A stretch of 35,316 nt of DNA from Coniocarpon cinnabarinum (Eukaryota). Below, piece after piece: positions 1 to 10,109 of the stretch. Each line of letters starts with the position of its first letter. Within the stretch, counting starts at the first letter, position 1. The notes under the pieces were generated by a model. That model was given only the letters and a program-made list of their open reading frames with translations, searched no databases and had not been told where the DNA came from. The position numbers and the translations under genes were made by a program. The DNA lies in contig JAVECO010000028.1 of assembly GCA_051942205.1 (NCBI GenBank), positions 124,001 to 159,316 on the forward strand. Reading direction: 5' to 3'.

Positions 1-574
1 GCTTTATAGCGACGCTGATGAGGCGTCTTTGTGTCCGCGCATGCCACCACTGTGACGGTATTGACGGTATCGGTGTATGAATTAACCAACCAACCAACAT
101 ACATCACCATGTAGAAACGATTCGTAACTTCTGGATCTGCAGAGGATGTCTTCACTGTGCTCCCGACATGAACGGTGATGCATGTTGCTGCATTCTTTCA
201 GCTCTCACCTCTGCTGAGACAAAGTCTCAATCCCATGCTCTTATGGAACTCCACTGTTCATGTTAGAATCATCTGCCATCCAGAGTCTCTACATCGTGCA
301 CTCCGCATTCTAAGGACACATTGAATACACAATGCAAGCCTTGCCTCTTCCTCCATTCCATTGTCCTTTTCTTCACTCGCAATTCAGCCTCCTGACATTG
401 TGATTTCGTCCCAGTGATCTTTAGCCCCTTCCCTGCCCCCCAACACACACGCGACTCGAAGCACCATTAAGCATCTCATCTCGCCGTTCCCTTGAACACA
501 ACACCGAGAACCCCTAACACCACAAGCACCCCAGACTACTACCCACTAATCACTCCACCAGAAATCCAGCACAT

Positions 575-1135
575 ATGGATCTCACGACGATCCTCCTCTC
601 CCCCTTTGCCCTCTTCCTTCTCGGAACGACCCTCTTTATGCTCTATTGCACCGCCTTCAACACTCGTGCCCAACTGTCTCCATCCTCCGAATCCGCCGTC
701 ACCTCCATCATCAACCTCGCGGATCTCGAATTTTCGGACAATGCGTCCGTCGCGCGGATTTTGGCTATTTGCTCCGTCGTTATCCTCGGACATCGGATGT
801 GGAGCTGGATTATTATCCTAGCACGACGAATCGCAGATTTCATGATCATCCTGGGACAGCGCGTCGAAGAGGTGATGAGCGTTGTCGGACCTTTCATGGG
901 AGATTGGATTGGTGCAATTGGACGACAGATGCGCGATTGGATCGCGGCGCGGATACCTGACGAGTGGTGGGAGGAGCCGGCTCCGCTGTATGACTTTACG
1001 GTGGGAGGCGTGCCGATTGTGGGGGGGTGGAAGGAGGTGAGACTTGAGGATCATTATTTGTATGGGAGGGGGGCCCCGAAGTTGCGGATGATGGTGAGGG
1101 AGGCGATTGAGAGGGGGAGCTTGAAGATGGAGTAG
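575..1135 (+). CDS. Hypothetical 186-aa protein with N-terminal hydrophobic/TM segments
   Basis: ATG-initiated intronless ORF. Hydrophobic stretches ILLSPFALFLLGTTLFMLYC and ILAICSVVILG. C-rich 5' half and G-rich 3' half, a skew common in fungal genes. No recognised domain. Confidence 0.55.
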   Translation: MDLTTILLSPFALFLLGTTLFMLYCTAFNTRAQLSPSSESAVTSIINLADLEFSDNASVARILAICSVVILGHRMWSWIIILARRIADFMIILGQRVEEVMSVVGPFMGDWIGAIGRQMRDWIAARIPDEWWEEPAPLYDFTVGGVPIVGGWKEVRLEDHYLYGRGAPKLRMMVREAIERGSLKME

Positions 1136-2595
1136 TGGGATATTTGAGGTATCATTCGGGTTTTGGGCAGTGGCCGAGTAAATGACGTTCAATGTCGTGG
1201 TTTATTGAATGGAAGACAGTTTTGTTGGGGTTGTAACGCATGATTGTGTTGTTTCCAGTGGTGTGGCGTGCAGACATGTTCACTCTTTGAGATCTCCAAG
1301 GCGGTGGCTCGAGATTCAAAGTTGCGCGCCACTACGTCTTTATTATGTCCAGCCGCTTCTCTTAAGCTTACGTGGTTTTTTCTGTTTCCTTGAGGTCCTC
1401 GAAACGCACATCCTTGCAAGAGACTATGCAAGAAGTCTCAATTGTTACTTGCTCAAGTTGAGCACCTTTGACGCGTGCAGTGACTGTTGTTGAATCTTCA
1501 TCTTGGATAAGTAACAATAGCATCCACGTCTGCATTCTTGCACAACAGATACAACCTTGTGCTCCTAAAAGTAGCACGAGGCACTTTTGAAAGTACATAA
1601 CTGATAAGAAGGATCTCGAGGTATAGAGAGTTTTCGTTATTTTCCCACGCCTTTTACTAGAGGCTTGTGCTGACATCGCTGAGCGCAACGCCTGTTGAGG
1701 GATCGTCTGGCATGTGGCTGTTGCGAAGTGAGGTCCAGGTACTCCCTGGGTTAAGGAGTCAATGTTTGATGTGATAATCTGCTGAACTTACGAATAGCAA
1801 TTTTCTTCTCATTACTTGTAGCGTGAAAGGTGCCAGCACTCTGACATTAGGAAATTCCGTACGCCAGTTTGTACCTTCGATGGTAGCTTGTGCTATGACT
1901 TCCACTCCGATATAGCAACAGCCTAGACATATTTTTGATAGCTACCTCAAGCACTATTTTTGCACGATTGCCGATGTTCTGTCATCTATAATGGCAATTG
2001 AATGCATGGCTGAGCGCTGTGAGCTTAATAGCGCATAGACCCTCCAGAATTATAGCACTCGTTGTTTCAAGGGCGCTAGTAATAGCTATGTGCCACTATT
2101 TTCATGTTGTATGTGGCACAAATTGGGCTGAAGGACGATGTGTTGAGTTAGTAGCTTACACGAAGTGCAAGTTTGTGTAAAGCTTTTCGAAAAGCGCAGG
2201 CGTTGCAATAGAGCGCGCGCTCGTCCTCAAAGATTTCCACGTCTTTTTGGCTACCTCGAAGGACTTAGAACACGCGTCGGTCCCAGAGCTCCCCTTCGAG
2301 ACTTGCAACTGTTCCAGTGTCCAAACGACATTTTCAGTTGACGCAGTGATCCGGTCCACTGAAGCTCACAATCATGTTGCAGAGTGCGTCCAGGATTATC
2401 AAGCCCCCTACACAGATGATAGAGATGTGCTTTTCTAGAGGCTGATGGTGACATACTATGTCCATTCCCATTCGCGCCGCAGTTTGCTGCACAAGGCTCC
2501 GTGCGGCCACAACCTTCAGGATAGGACGTCTCAGATCGACAGCTCCACTGACAACGGCCTGGTCACGTCTTAAAGCGTCCTCGCAACTATTTCGG

Positions 2596-3936
2596 CTACA
2601 GCTTAGCCGGTCCACGCTTGTCCAACTCCTTCAGTCGACTTTGATAGACCTTGACAAGCTGTCTCACACAAAGATCAAGCATCACATCTTCGCTTCCGCC
2701 AGGTACTCGTGCATTGTTGACCTCTCTGTATATCATCTCTGCGATCTCGCCTTGCCCGCTTCTGGTCAATCCGTTGCCACCAAACAATAGAACCGCACAT
2801 TGAGCGCACTCATTGAGGACCATTCCGGCCTTCGCTTTCGCTGCCGCCGTCAAGCCACCGAGTTGCATGTCTGCCTCTTCTTTCGACATGTGCTGAAGCG
2901 CATAATGAAAAGTCTCGACCCAAGCCCACAGCGCTTCGAGATCGGCGCCACACTTTGCGAGTCGATGACGGACGACCTCACGAGTCATGAGCGGCTGACC
3001 GAAGACGTGTCTCTTTAACACGTAGGCAAAAGCTGATGAAAGCGCGACTCTCGCTGAGGTGGTGACGCCTACCGCTATTGACAAGCGCTCATGGTTGAAG
3101 TTGGTCATGATATACTTCATGCCATTACCTTCTTTGCCAATGAGGTTGTCGACAGGGACTTCCACATTATCCAGCTCTATGTAGGTTGTGCCTGATGTTC
3201 GCTGGCCCGTGATAGGGATGCGGCGCATGGTTACGCCTTGCTGGCCTTTCAGGGGGACGATGAGCAAAGACAGACCTGCAGCGCCTGATTCCTCGGGACC
3301 CGTTCGCACTGCCATGGTGGCGTAGTCCGACATGATACCGTTCGTGATCCACTTCTTCGCGCCGTCCAGGATATATCGTCGACCATCCGAACTCTTGCGC
3401 GCAGGCGTTTTGATGTTGGCAACATCGCTACCGGCATCTGGTTCAGTGATAGCAATGCAGATGCGTTTCCGCCCATGGAAGATATCGGGCAGGAATCGGC
3501 GCTGTAGTTGAGGGCTGCCAAACTTGTATATGGGCGGAGTGCCGTAGGCGAGGCCAACGGTCAGGGAGCCAGCTGGCCCACCAGTACCTGAGCGGGCCAT
3601 CTCGTGGCCATAGACTGCGCCATGGAAAGGATCAAAGTCTTCGACTTTTAGTCCTCCAGGAAGCTCGTGAATTCCAGCATCCTTGAGCTGGTTGACAGGT
3701 AATGGAGCCGGCAACGTCGGGATGAGCATCCGCGCCGATGCAAAGGTCGGGTAGACATGATCAGGAACTCTCTCTGCCTTTTCCCAATCGATAGCAAAGT
3801 CGTTCAGATGTTTCGAAATAAAGTCACGGCATGTTCTTTGCCATTTTCTATGCGAGTCATTGTAATAAGGCGAGGGGATGCCACAAAGCCACCGCGGTTC
3901 TGCGAATGGGGTTGGATCTATTACAAGGGAAGGCAT
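2596..3936 (-). CDS. Acyl-CoA dehydrogenase, fungal family, with C-terminal PTS1 (-AKL), probably peroxisomal
   Basis: 446-aa ORF with ACAD motifs: CIAITEPDAGSDV, LDGAKKWITNG, NLIGKEGNG, FNHERL, R-x-FGQPL, FGGNG, GGSED. Ends GPAKL*. Confidence 0.95.
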   Translation of the reverse strand: MPSLVIDPTPFAEPRWLCGIPSPYYNDSHRKWQRTCRDFISKHLNDFAIDWEKAERVPDHVYPTFASARMLIPTLPAPLPVNQLKDAGIHELPGGLKVEDFDPFHGAVYGHEMARSGTGGPAGSLTVGLAYGTPPIYKFGSPQLQRRFLPDIFHGRKRICIAITEPDAGSDVANIKTPARKSSDGRRYILDGAKKWITNGIMSDYATMAVRTGPEESGAAGLSLLIVPLKGQQGVTMRRIPITGQRTSGTTYIELDNVEVPVDNLIGKEGNGMKYIMTNFNHERLSIAVGVTTSARVALSSAFAYVLKRHVFGQPLMTREVVRHRLAKCGADLEALWAWVETFHYALQHMSKEEADMQLGGLTAAAKAKAGMVLNECAQCAVLLFGGNGLTRSGQGEIAEMIYREVNNARVPGGSEDVMLDLCVRQLVKVYQSRLKELDKRGPAKL

Positions 3937-4056
3937 CCTTGAACTTGCGCCTAGGATTTCAAGAAATTTACTCTCCGAATATCACATAAATATATCAGAT
4001 GAAGCGTTTTGCGGTAAATGTTACAGGTGTACGGAGGAGTACGTTGGTAAAAATTA

Positions 4057-4062
4057 CCTCGG
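4057..4062. promoter_or_regulatory. CCTCGG, candidate FarA/FarB (CTF1) binding site
   Basis: Exact hexamer ~120 bp upstream of the ACAD ATG. Further copies at 4967-4972 (CCTCGG) and 5445-5450 (CCGAGG). Confidence 0.55.
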
Positions 4063-5541
4063 CTCGGGGAAGGACATCTGTAGGATGAGGCGCGTGAGAT
4101 CACGGAATATTTCTAGATAATGAACATTCGTAACAAGAGAATTTGCAGTGCAGAGATAGCTGCATTAATCATACAGTAAGTGCTATGGTAGGAACAGTAG
4201 TTTCATATACGATGATGATGGTTGCAGAAAGGTGACGCTGTCGCAGCCATATGCCGAAAGCTGTGTCCTTAAATTTCGGGCACCCATTCCATGCTTCAGG
4301 CAAGGATTTGGAAAAATATTGCTTTGGCAAATTATTGACCTGGGCTGACACGATCTAACAATATTAATCCAGCGTTGTCGAGGAATTAATTGAGTCGTCT
4401 GAAATGCATGCAATCGAATCCTCCAACGTTCAGCCGCTTGACCATGTCTGGGTATCACACCTCCCTCCACGTTTGTATATATGTCTGACAGATGAGGATG
4501 TTAGGAAGAGCTGGACGAGACTCAAAGTTGTCGCAGGTTAACATGCTTTCGCCCAAGCTTCGTAGATTAGATCTAAGCAAGGATTAAATCTCCGCTGGTG
4601 GCTGGCGCCAACACTCGGATAGAGCCCAATGAATGTGAGGCTGGATCGAAAGGGTCGCTGGGCTTGTAACAATGGCACGATGGCGTCCACAATTCTAAGA
4701 CAATCTCACGGGACCCGATGCCGTAATGAGCACCGTTTCATGGATGCCGCCTTTGATGGAGATGATGCCAGTGATGCCCAGGTACGATCGGCCCCCAACT
4801 GTGACTAGCTCTAGCGTCCCTGCGGCTCTTGCTGCAACCAATGGAAGGCCTGTGGAAAAGCTGGGGTGAGCTGTCGTCATCTTATCCCTTAATCCAAGTT
4901 ACTGGGAGGAAAATATTTCCTGCATTTGCATGAACAGATCTCTGCACATGTCATCTGCAAACGCCACCTCGGTACGACACGGGGCTTTTACCAAGTGCGC
5001 CCAGACAATCGGCCTCGCCGAAGGTGTCGTTCGCAGACGCCCAACGATATGCGGTTGAGGTTCAACGCAGAAAATCTCACGGCTTGGTCTGGTCTAGCGC
5101 CCGGGCATGATTTCCTTGAGCCACGACTGACGTCGACGGTAATTTCACGAGCTGGTTGCCGGAGGGCACGTGACCTTGACTGCGGCCGATTGCGTCTTAG
5201 AGCGTAGCAAATTCGAGGGACGGAACCAATGACAGGCTCGTCCGGCGGCAATCAGCCTGCTCCTGACGAGGTGAATCTCTGTACCGGATGCCGGCTCTAT
5301 CTAACCGCGAGATAATGTTTCATGCATCCTGCTTGGCGATCAATCATGCCAGCACTGGATTGGACGAGCGGCATGATGGGGACGGCACCCCAACCGGCGC
5401 TGACCGCAACTGATATGCATCAAGTCAGCCTCGAATGAGGGCCACCGAGGCCAACACCCAGCCATCAACATTGAGGTGGAAGCCGCTTCCTGCACGACTT
5501 TTCCTCACCACTCATGCGAACAGTTCGAACTCAAACTGAAC

Positions 5542-6214
5542 ATGACGTCCACTGTCAAGCAGCAGATGAGGCATGTATGGATCGTAGCAGGACCAGCAGG
5601 CAGTGGCAAATCCACCATAGCCACTCACCTTGCCACCGAGATAGGCCTCCCCTTTCTGGAGGGTGACGATGTCAGTGTATGCGCCGTTGAGCTCGATTCA
5701 GAACGCTGACTGTTGGTGCCAGTATCATACGGCCGTCAACAAATCCAAGATGGAGTCCGGCGTTGCGTTGACGGACGACGATCGCTGGGAGTGGTTGCAA
5801 ATTCTCCGACAAACTGCCCTGGAAAGGATCGATGCTGGGGAGGGGGGAGTTGTCATCTCCTGTAGTGCGCTGAAGAAGCGATATCGGGACGTACTGCGAG
5901 GCGCCGCGAGGAACGATGTGGAAGTTCACTTTGTGTATCTTCACGCGAACGAGGACTTGCTGGTGGAGAGAGTCAAGCAACGTCAGGGCCACTACATGAA
6001 AGAGGCCATGGTGCGTGGGCAGCTTTCAGACCTGGAAGAGCCCAGCGGGGAGGAGAAGGCGAGCGACTGCCTGACGGTTGACGTCAGTGGGCCGTCGGAG
6101 GAGGTGCAGGCGCGGGCGCTCGAGGCGGTCAAGGGCGTCGTCGCAGAGCATGTGGCCGCCGTCCACACACACTTCTCCACCGCCTCCGACACCGCCACTA
6201 CCCAAGGGCGATGA
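5542..6214 (+). CDS. Gluconokinase (GntK/IdnK-type); exons 5542-5670 and 5723-6214, ~206 aa
   Basis: P-loop GPAGSGKST, then EGDD|YH joined across a GTCAGT...CTGAC...CAG intron (5671-5722). Family motifs KM.SG.ALTDDDR..WL, CSALKKRYRD.L, R.GHYMK..MV..QL..LE.P. Confidence 0.93.
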
Positions 6215-6490
6215 CACGGCGGGCAAGGGGAGACGCCCGTGGAAGACGCTCGGCTTCGGACGAGTCAATGGACACAGCGTGCGTGTCCCCGCTACTGAGG
6301 TCTGCTCACCATGATTATATATGTGGTCGGAAATGTTTCCGGTCAGAGGCGGCACAGGAAACTTTGCTTTTGATTCTGGGAAGCTCTTGAAACAACGTAC
6401 AATGTGATAAGTAGAAACCTCGATTTCATGGACGGGTGGCATGACAAGCCTGCTTTCCAAGGTCTGGAGCCCTCAAGGTCGGTGTCGAGA

Positions 6491-8356
6491 TCACGTGTCG
6501 AGCTCGGTGAGGCGCACATGCACACCATGTTGGGGCTTGATGGTGATCATGCCCACCGGTTCCTTGAAGGCTGTCCGTTCCGCCGGGTTGGCGAAATCCC
6601 AGTGAAAGCGCAGCAACATGCCCGCGATCAGACACTTCAGCTCGGTCATGGCGAAGCCCTGCCCAATGCAAGAGCGTGGGCCGTGGATGAAGGAGAGGTA
6701 GCTGTAGCGACTGTTGGCACCGCCCGTCGAGGGATCCCCCGTGCCTGGCATCCACCGCTCCGGCTTGAACTCCTCCGCATCCTCGCCCCACAGAGGCTTG
6801 GCTTTGTTGACTCCCCACCCACAGATCGCCACGTTGGTTCCTTTAGGCACTACCTGTCCGCCGATGCTCGTGGTCCGGATGGCCTCTCGTGCAGTGACGG
6901 GCACCAAGGGATACATCCTCACCGTCTCACTGCATACGGCATGCAGGTACGGCATACCGTCGAGTGTCTCGGCTTTCATCTCTCCCTTCCCCATTCCTGA
7001 CGCTGCCATCACAGCCTTGACTTCTTGCCGCAGCCGCGACTGCACGTCCTGATGTAGTGACAGTAGATATGTTGCCCACAGCGTTGCACCGGATGTAGTC
7101 TCATGGCCGGCAGCCAGGAAGGTGAGTAATTGATTAACGATGTCTTCGTCAGCCAGCTGTCCCCCGCGGAGGAGGATACTGAGGATGTTCTTTTCATCGA
7201 CATTCTTTTCCTGCATGGCCGCCTTCTTCTCCGCTACCAGACGGCGGCAGATCAGTCTGAGTTGCGTAGCAGCGTTATTGATGGTGCGGTTGAGCTCTCC
7301 AGGAAGTCTTCGGACGAGCCACTGTGGTAGGAAGGTGTTCATCGCGAAGTAAGCTGTGAGGTTACCCTTCTCGGGATCGAGAACGACAGCATACTCCCGC
7401 GCAAGCTCGTCGTCGGAATCAACAAGAGTATCCATGTCTTTGCCAAGGGCCACCTTGCCGATGATGTCCAATGTGATGCGTTGAACATTTTGACCGACTT
7501 CAATCGTACCTGTTCGGAGGCCTGTGTCCGCAGTTGACTCTAATTGCATCTGGCTCGCAATCACATCTGCAAAGTGTTGCGATTTGGACCAAAAGCTGGG
7601 CACCAGGTCTCGGATGTTGCGTCCTGAGAAGGCCGCCGCCACGCTCTTGCGTTGTATCTTATGCTCTGGACCCTCAACGACGACCAACCCGTTGCCGGTG
7701 ATTCGCGACAGAAAACGTCTTACAGGCCTTGGCTTCACCCTGAATAGATGCGTCAGCGCTCGGCAGTACACACGTAACGCCTCAGCGCGAACAAGAGTGA
7801 CGCGACTGATGCAAAATTTCGGCTCTTCATCCTTCGAAGGTACATGATCTCCCACTAATTTTACTGAACTGACCATATTCCGCCGCAGATAAATTAGACA
7901 CTCTCGAAGCACGTCAAAGTCACAGAGCAGCAGTCTCAAAAGCTATCGAACTCACCAGTCGTAGGGCTTACCAATCAACACCTCAGCAATATTGTCTGGC
8001 GTCGTGAGAAGCAAGACACTACGCCTATGGAAGAATCCTCGAAAGTGGATGAGACCATCGTTGGGTATAGTTCTCATCCACGACGCAAGTTGCTCTCCCA
8101 GAGGACGGTTCACCATGCTCAACCCATGACCGAAAAAGAAGCTGGGGTCGGGTGGCTCTGGCAGATGGCGAAAAGGCGAGGTGAAGAACGGGTAAGTAAC
8201 GTTGACCAGGAACCAAACATAGAATAGAGTGGACAGCGAGAGATAGGTCAATGACAGCGTGCGGAGGTCATGGCCGGTAAGATGGAGTCCAATGAGAGTC
8301 GCCGGGTGAATCGCGGTGAAGAGCAGGACATAAGCCCACGACTTCCACGCAGTCAT
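6491..8356 (-). CDS. Cytochrome P450 monooxygenase; exons 8356-7956 and 7739-6491, ~549 aa
   Basis: N-terminal TM anchor plus SPFRHLPEP. Intron 7955-7740 (GTGAG...GCTGAC...TTCAG) joins KPYDW|VKP in frame. I-helix AGHETT, ExxR (ETVR), PERW, heme motif FIHGPRSCIG. Confidence 0.95.
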
Positions 8357-8443
8357 GTCGCTGGCTGTGCAGATATTTTCAAACCTGTTTCATGAGAATA
8401 GCAGAGTATAACGTGCACCCCGCAGGCAGAGAAAGCACAAGCC

Positions 8444-8450
8444 TTATATA
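8444..8450 (-). promoter_or_regulatory. Candidate TATA box (TATATAA) of the P450 gene
   Basis: TATATAA on the minus strand ~90 bp upstream of ATG 8356. Confidence 0.45.
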
Positions 8451-10109
8451 TGTGCTATGGATGCAGTTGGCTGTCGAGGCGGCGCATATACTTTTTTAGC
8501 AGCGTTGCGGGCCGCAACGGGCATGAGCAGCCCCTCCTACACACTGGGGCTGGCTGTGTGGATCGTGGGCCATAGTAGCCGCGGCGCCGTGAGGCGTGGA
8601 CGTACGATGAGGAAGAGACAGCTGTTCATGTTGACGTTCACGTCGTTGCGGGCCGCGTCTGGAGAGGTGACGGCAAGATAGCAAGCCGCGAGGTCCGGCA
8701 GGGCGTGGGCAGGGCGGGCTGGGTCAAGCGTTTGCTGGGGCTGGCCACTAAACTGGCGACTAGCAACACCGGTTCCGTATGAGAGCAGTGGTTGATGATG
8801 CACATCTCGCCGGAATGCTTCTAGCGACGGACCCTCCGGGAAGGAGGCCTCTAACACGTGTTGAGTCGATATATAGATGGTGCTCCGCTGCCGTTTGATG
8901 ACAGCCATCTTGGCCCCTTGGAGGAAGCCTCAGCCCGCGGGAGCCCCAGCATCGCGGGCGACAAGTAAAGGCACGTGACGAACCACGGAATATCCCAAAG
9001 GGACAATATTCAAAGCAAGAAGCCATCCGTTTCCTCATCGTTGCGGGCTGCCTGAGAAGTGCGGAACCACTCACACAGAACAGTGCGCCGTCGGCGAAAC
9101 GTTGCGTCCGACCAAAGCTCAGTATGGAGAGAGGGCGAGCGATGACAGGGCCTTGGGGCGTCACATTGACAAGCCTGCACACTTGGAAGCTTGGCTCAAA
9201 CTTCGATTCCGCTATTCCCAGAAGAAAGGTGAGTGGTGGCCCGGGCTGACTCGTGGAGTCGCCGTCGCTCAGGTCCGGGGGCGCCGCCACGATTCTGCCC
9301 GGGGGACCCCCCGAGTTTTCGCCCAAAAGAGCTCACCTCCGCTCCACGCAAGCTGCACAGCTGCACAGCCAATCGCCCAATGCCCCATACCCAATAGCCA
9401 ATATTGATGCACCACCCTGGATACTTGCACCACCTCCGACGGAGCGACGCCTGCCTTATCAACGCGTGGCCTTTGCCACAGCATGGACAAGGCTAGCGAG
9501 GGCGAGCGAGTGCCGAAGCCCCTGCGCACCCTGGCCTGCGGTGGTGATCTCATGGAATCACCATCGCGAGTCACGCCCGCTGCTCGTCTCCCAAATTGCC
9601 AGAAGGTTGGCGATCGCTAGCCCACCGGCGGCGACCAGTGCGACCCCGCTTGCTCCGCACTGCAACACACCTGGTCTGGGTCATTGGCTCTCCCTCACGA
9701 ACGCCTCTCGGGCCTGGCCTTGTCAGCGGCGTCGCGGTTTGGGCCGACCTTTGACATTCGATGTTTTTCGTGTGATCGCAACCACTCTACCACCGCCCTA
9801 GCTGCACATCGAGCCATGGGGTAGTCGGCGTCGAAACTGCTGCACTCCTCCTTCACCCTTGTGACGCGTTTCTTCTGCTGTTCGAATGCGCGGCAGTGAC
9901 GGCAAAGTCCTTCTCCACGTCTGTTCTAATACTTACCTTTCTTGTGTGCCTACTCCGTGGTCGCTGGTGGATTTGACCGAACGGTTACCTGACTCTGAAG
10001 CTATCAATTTTCCTCGCTTTTCGTCTGTTTAATCCTCCTAGTCGTCCAATGCTGCACGCGGCAGCGGCTTTACAAGGCTATTGTCGTCACCAACAGCGTT
10101 GACCAAGCC

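Noticed and set aside
6404..7847. Plus-strand ORFs overlapping the P450
   Set aside because: Antisense shadows of a GC-rich coding sequence with no motifs.
7740..7939. N-terminal 66 aa of the 482-aa P450 ORF
   Set aside because: It is intron sequence. The true N-terminus is the 8356-7956 exon.
8457..9801. Several 60-190 aa ORFs in the P450/farB intergenic region
   Set aside because: GC-rich promoter DNA, mostly non-ATG starts, overlapping on both strands, with no domain signal.
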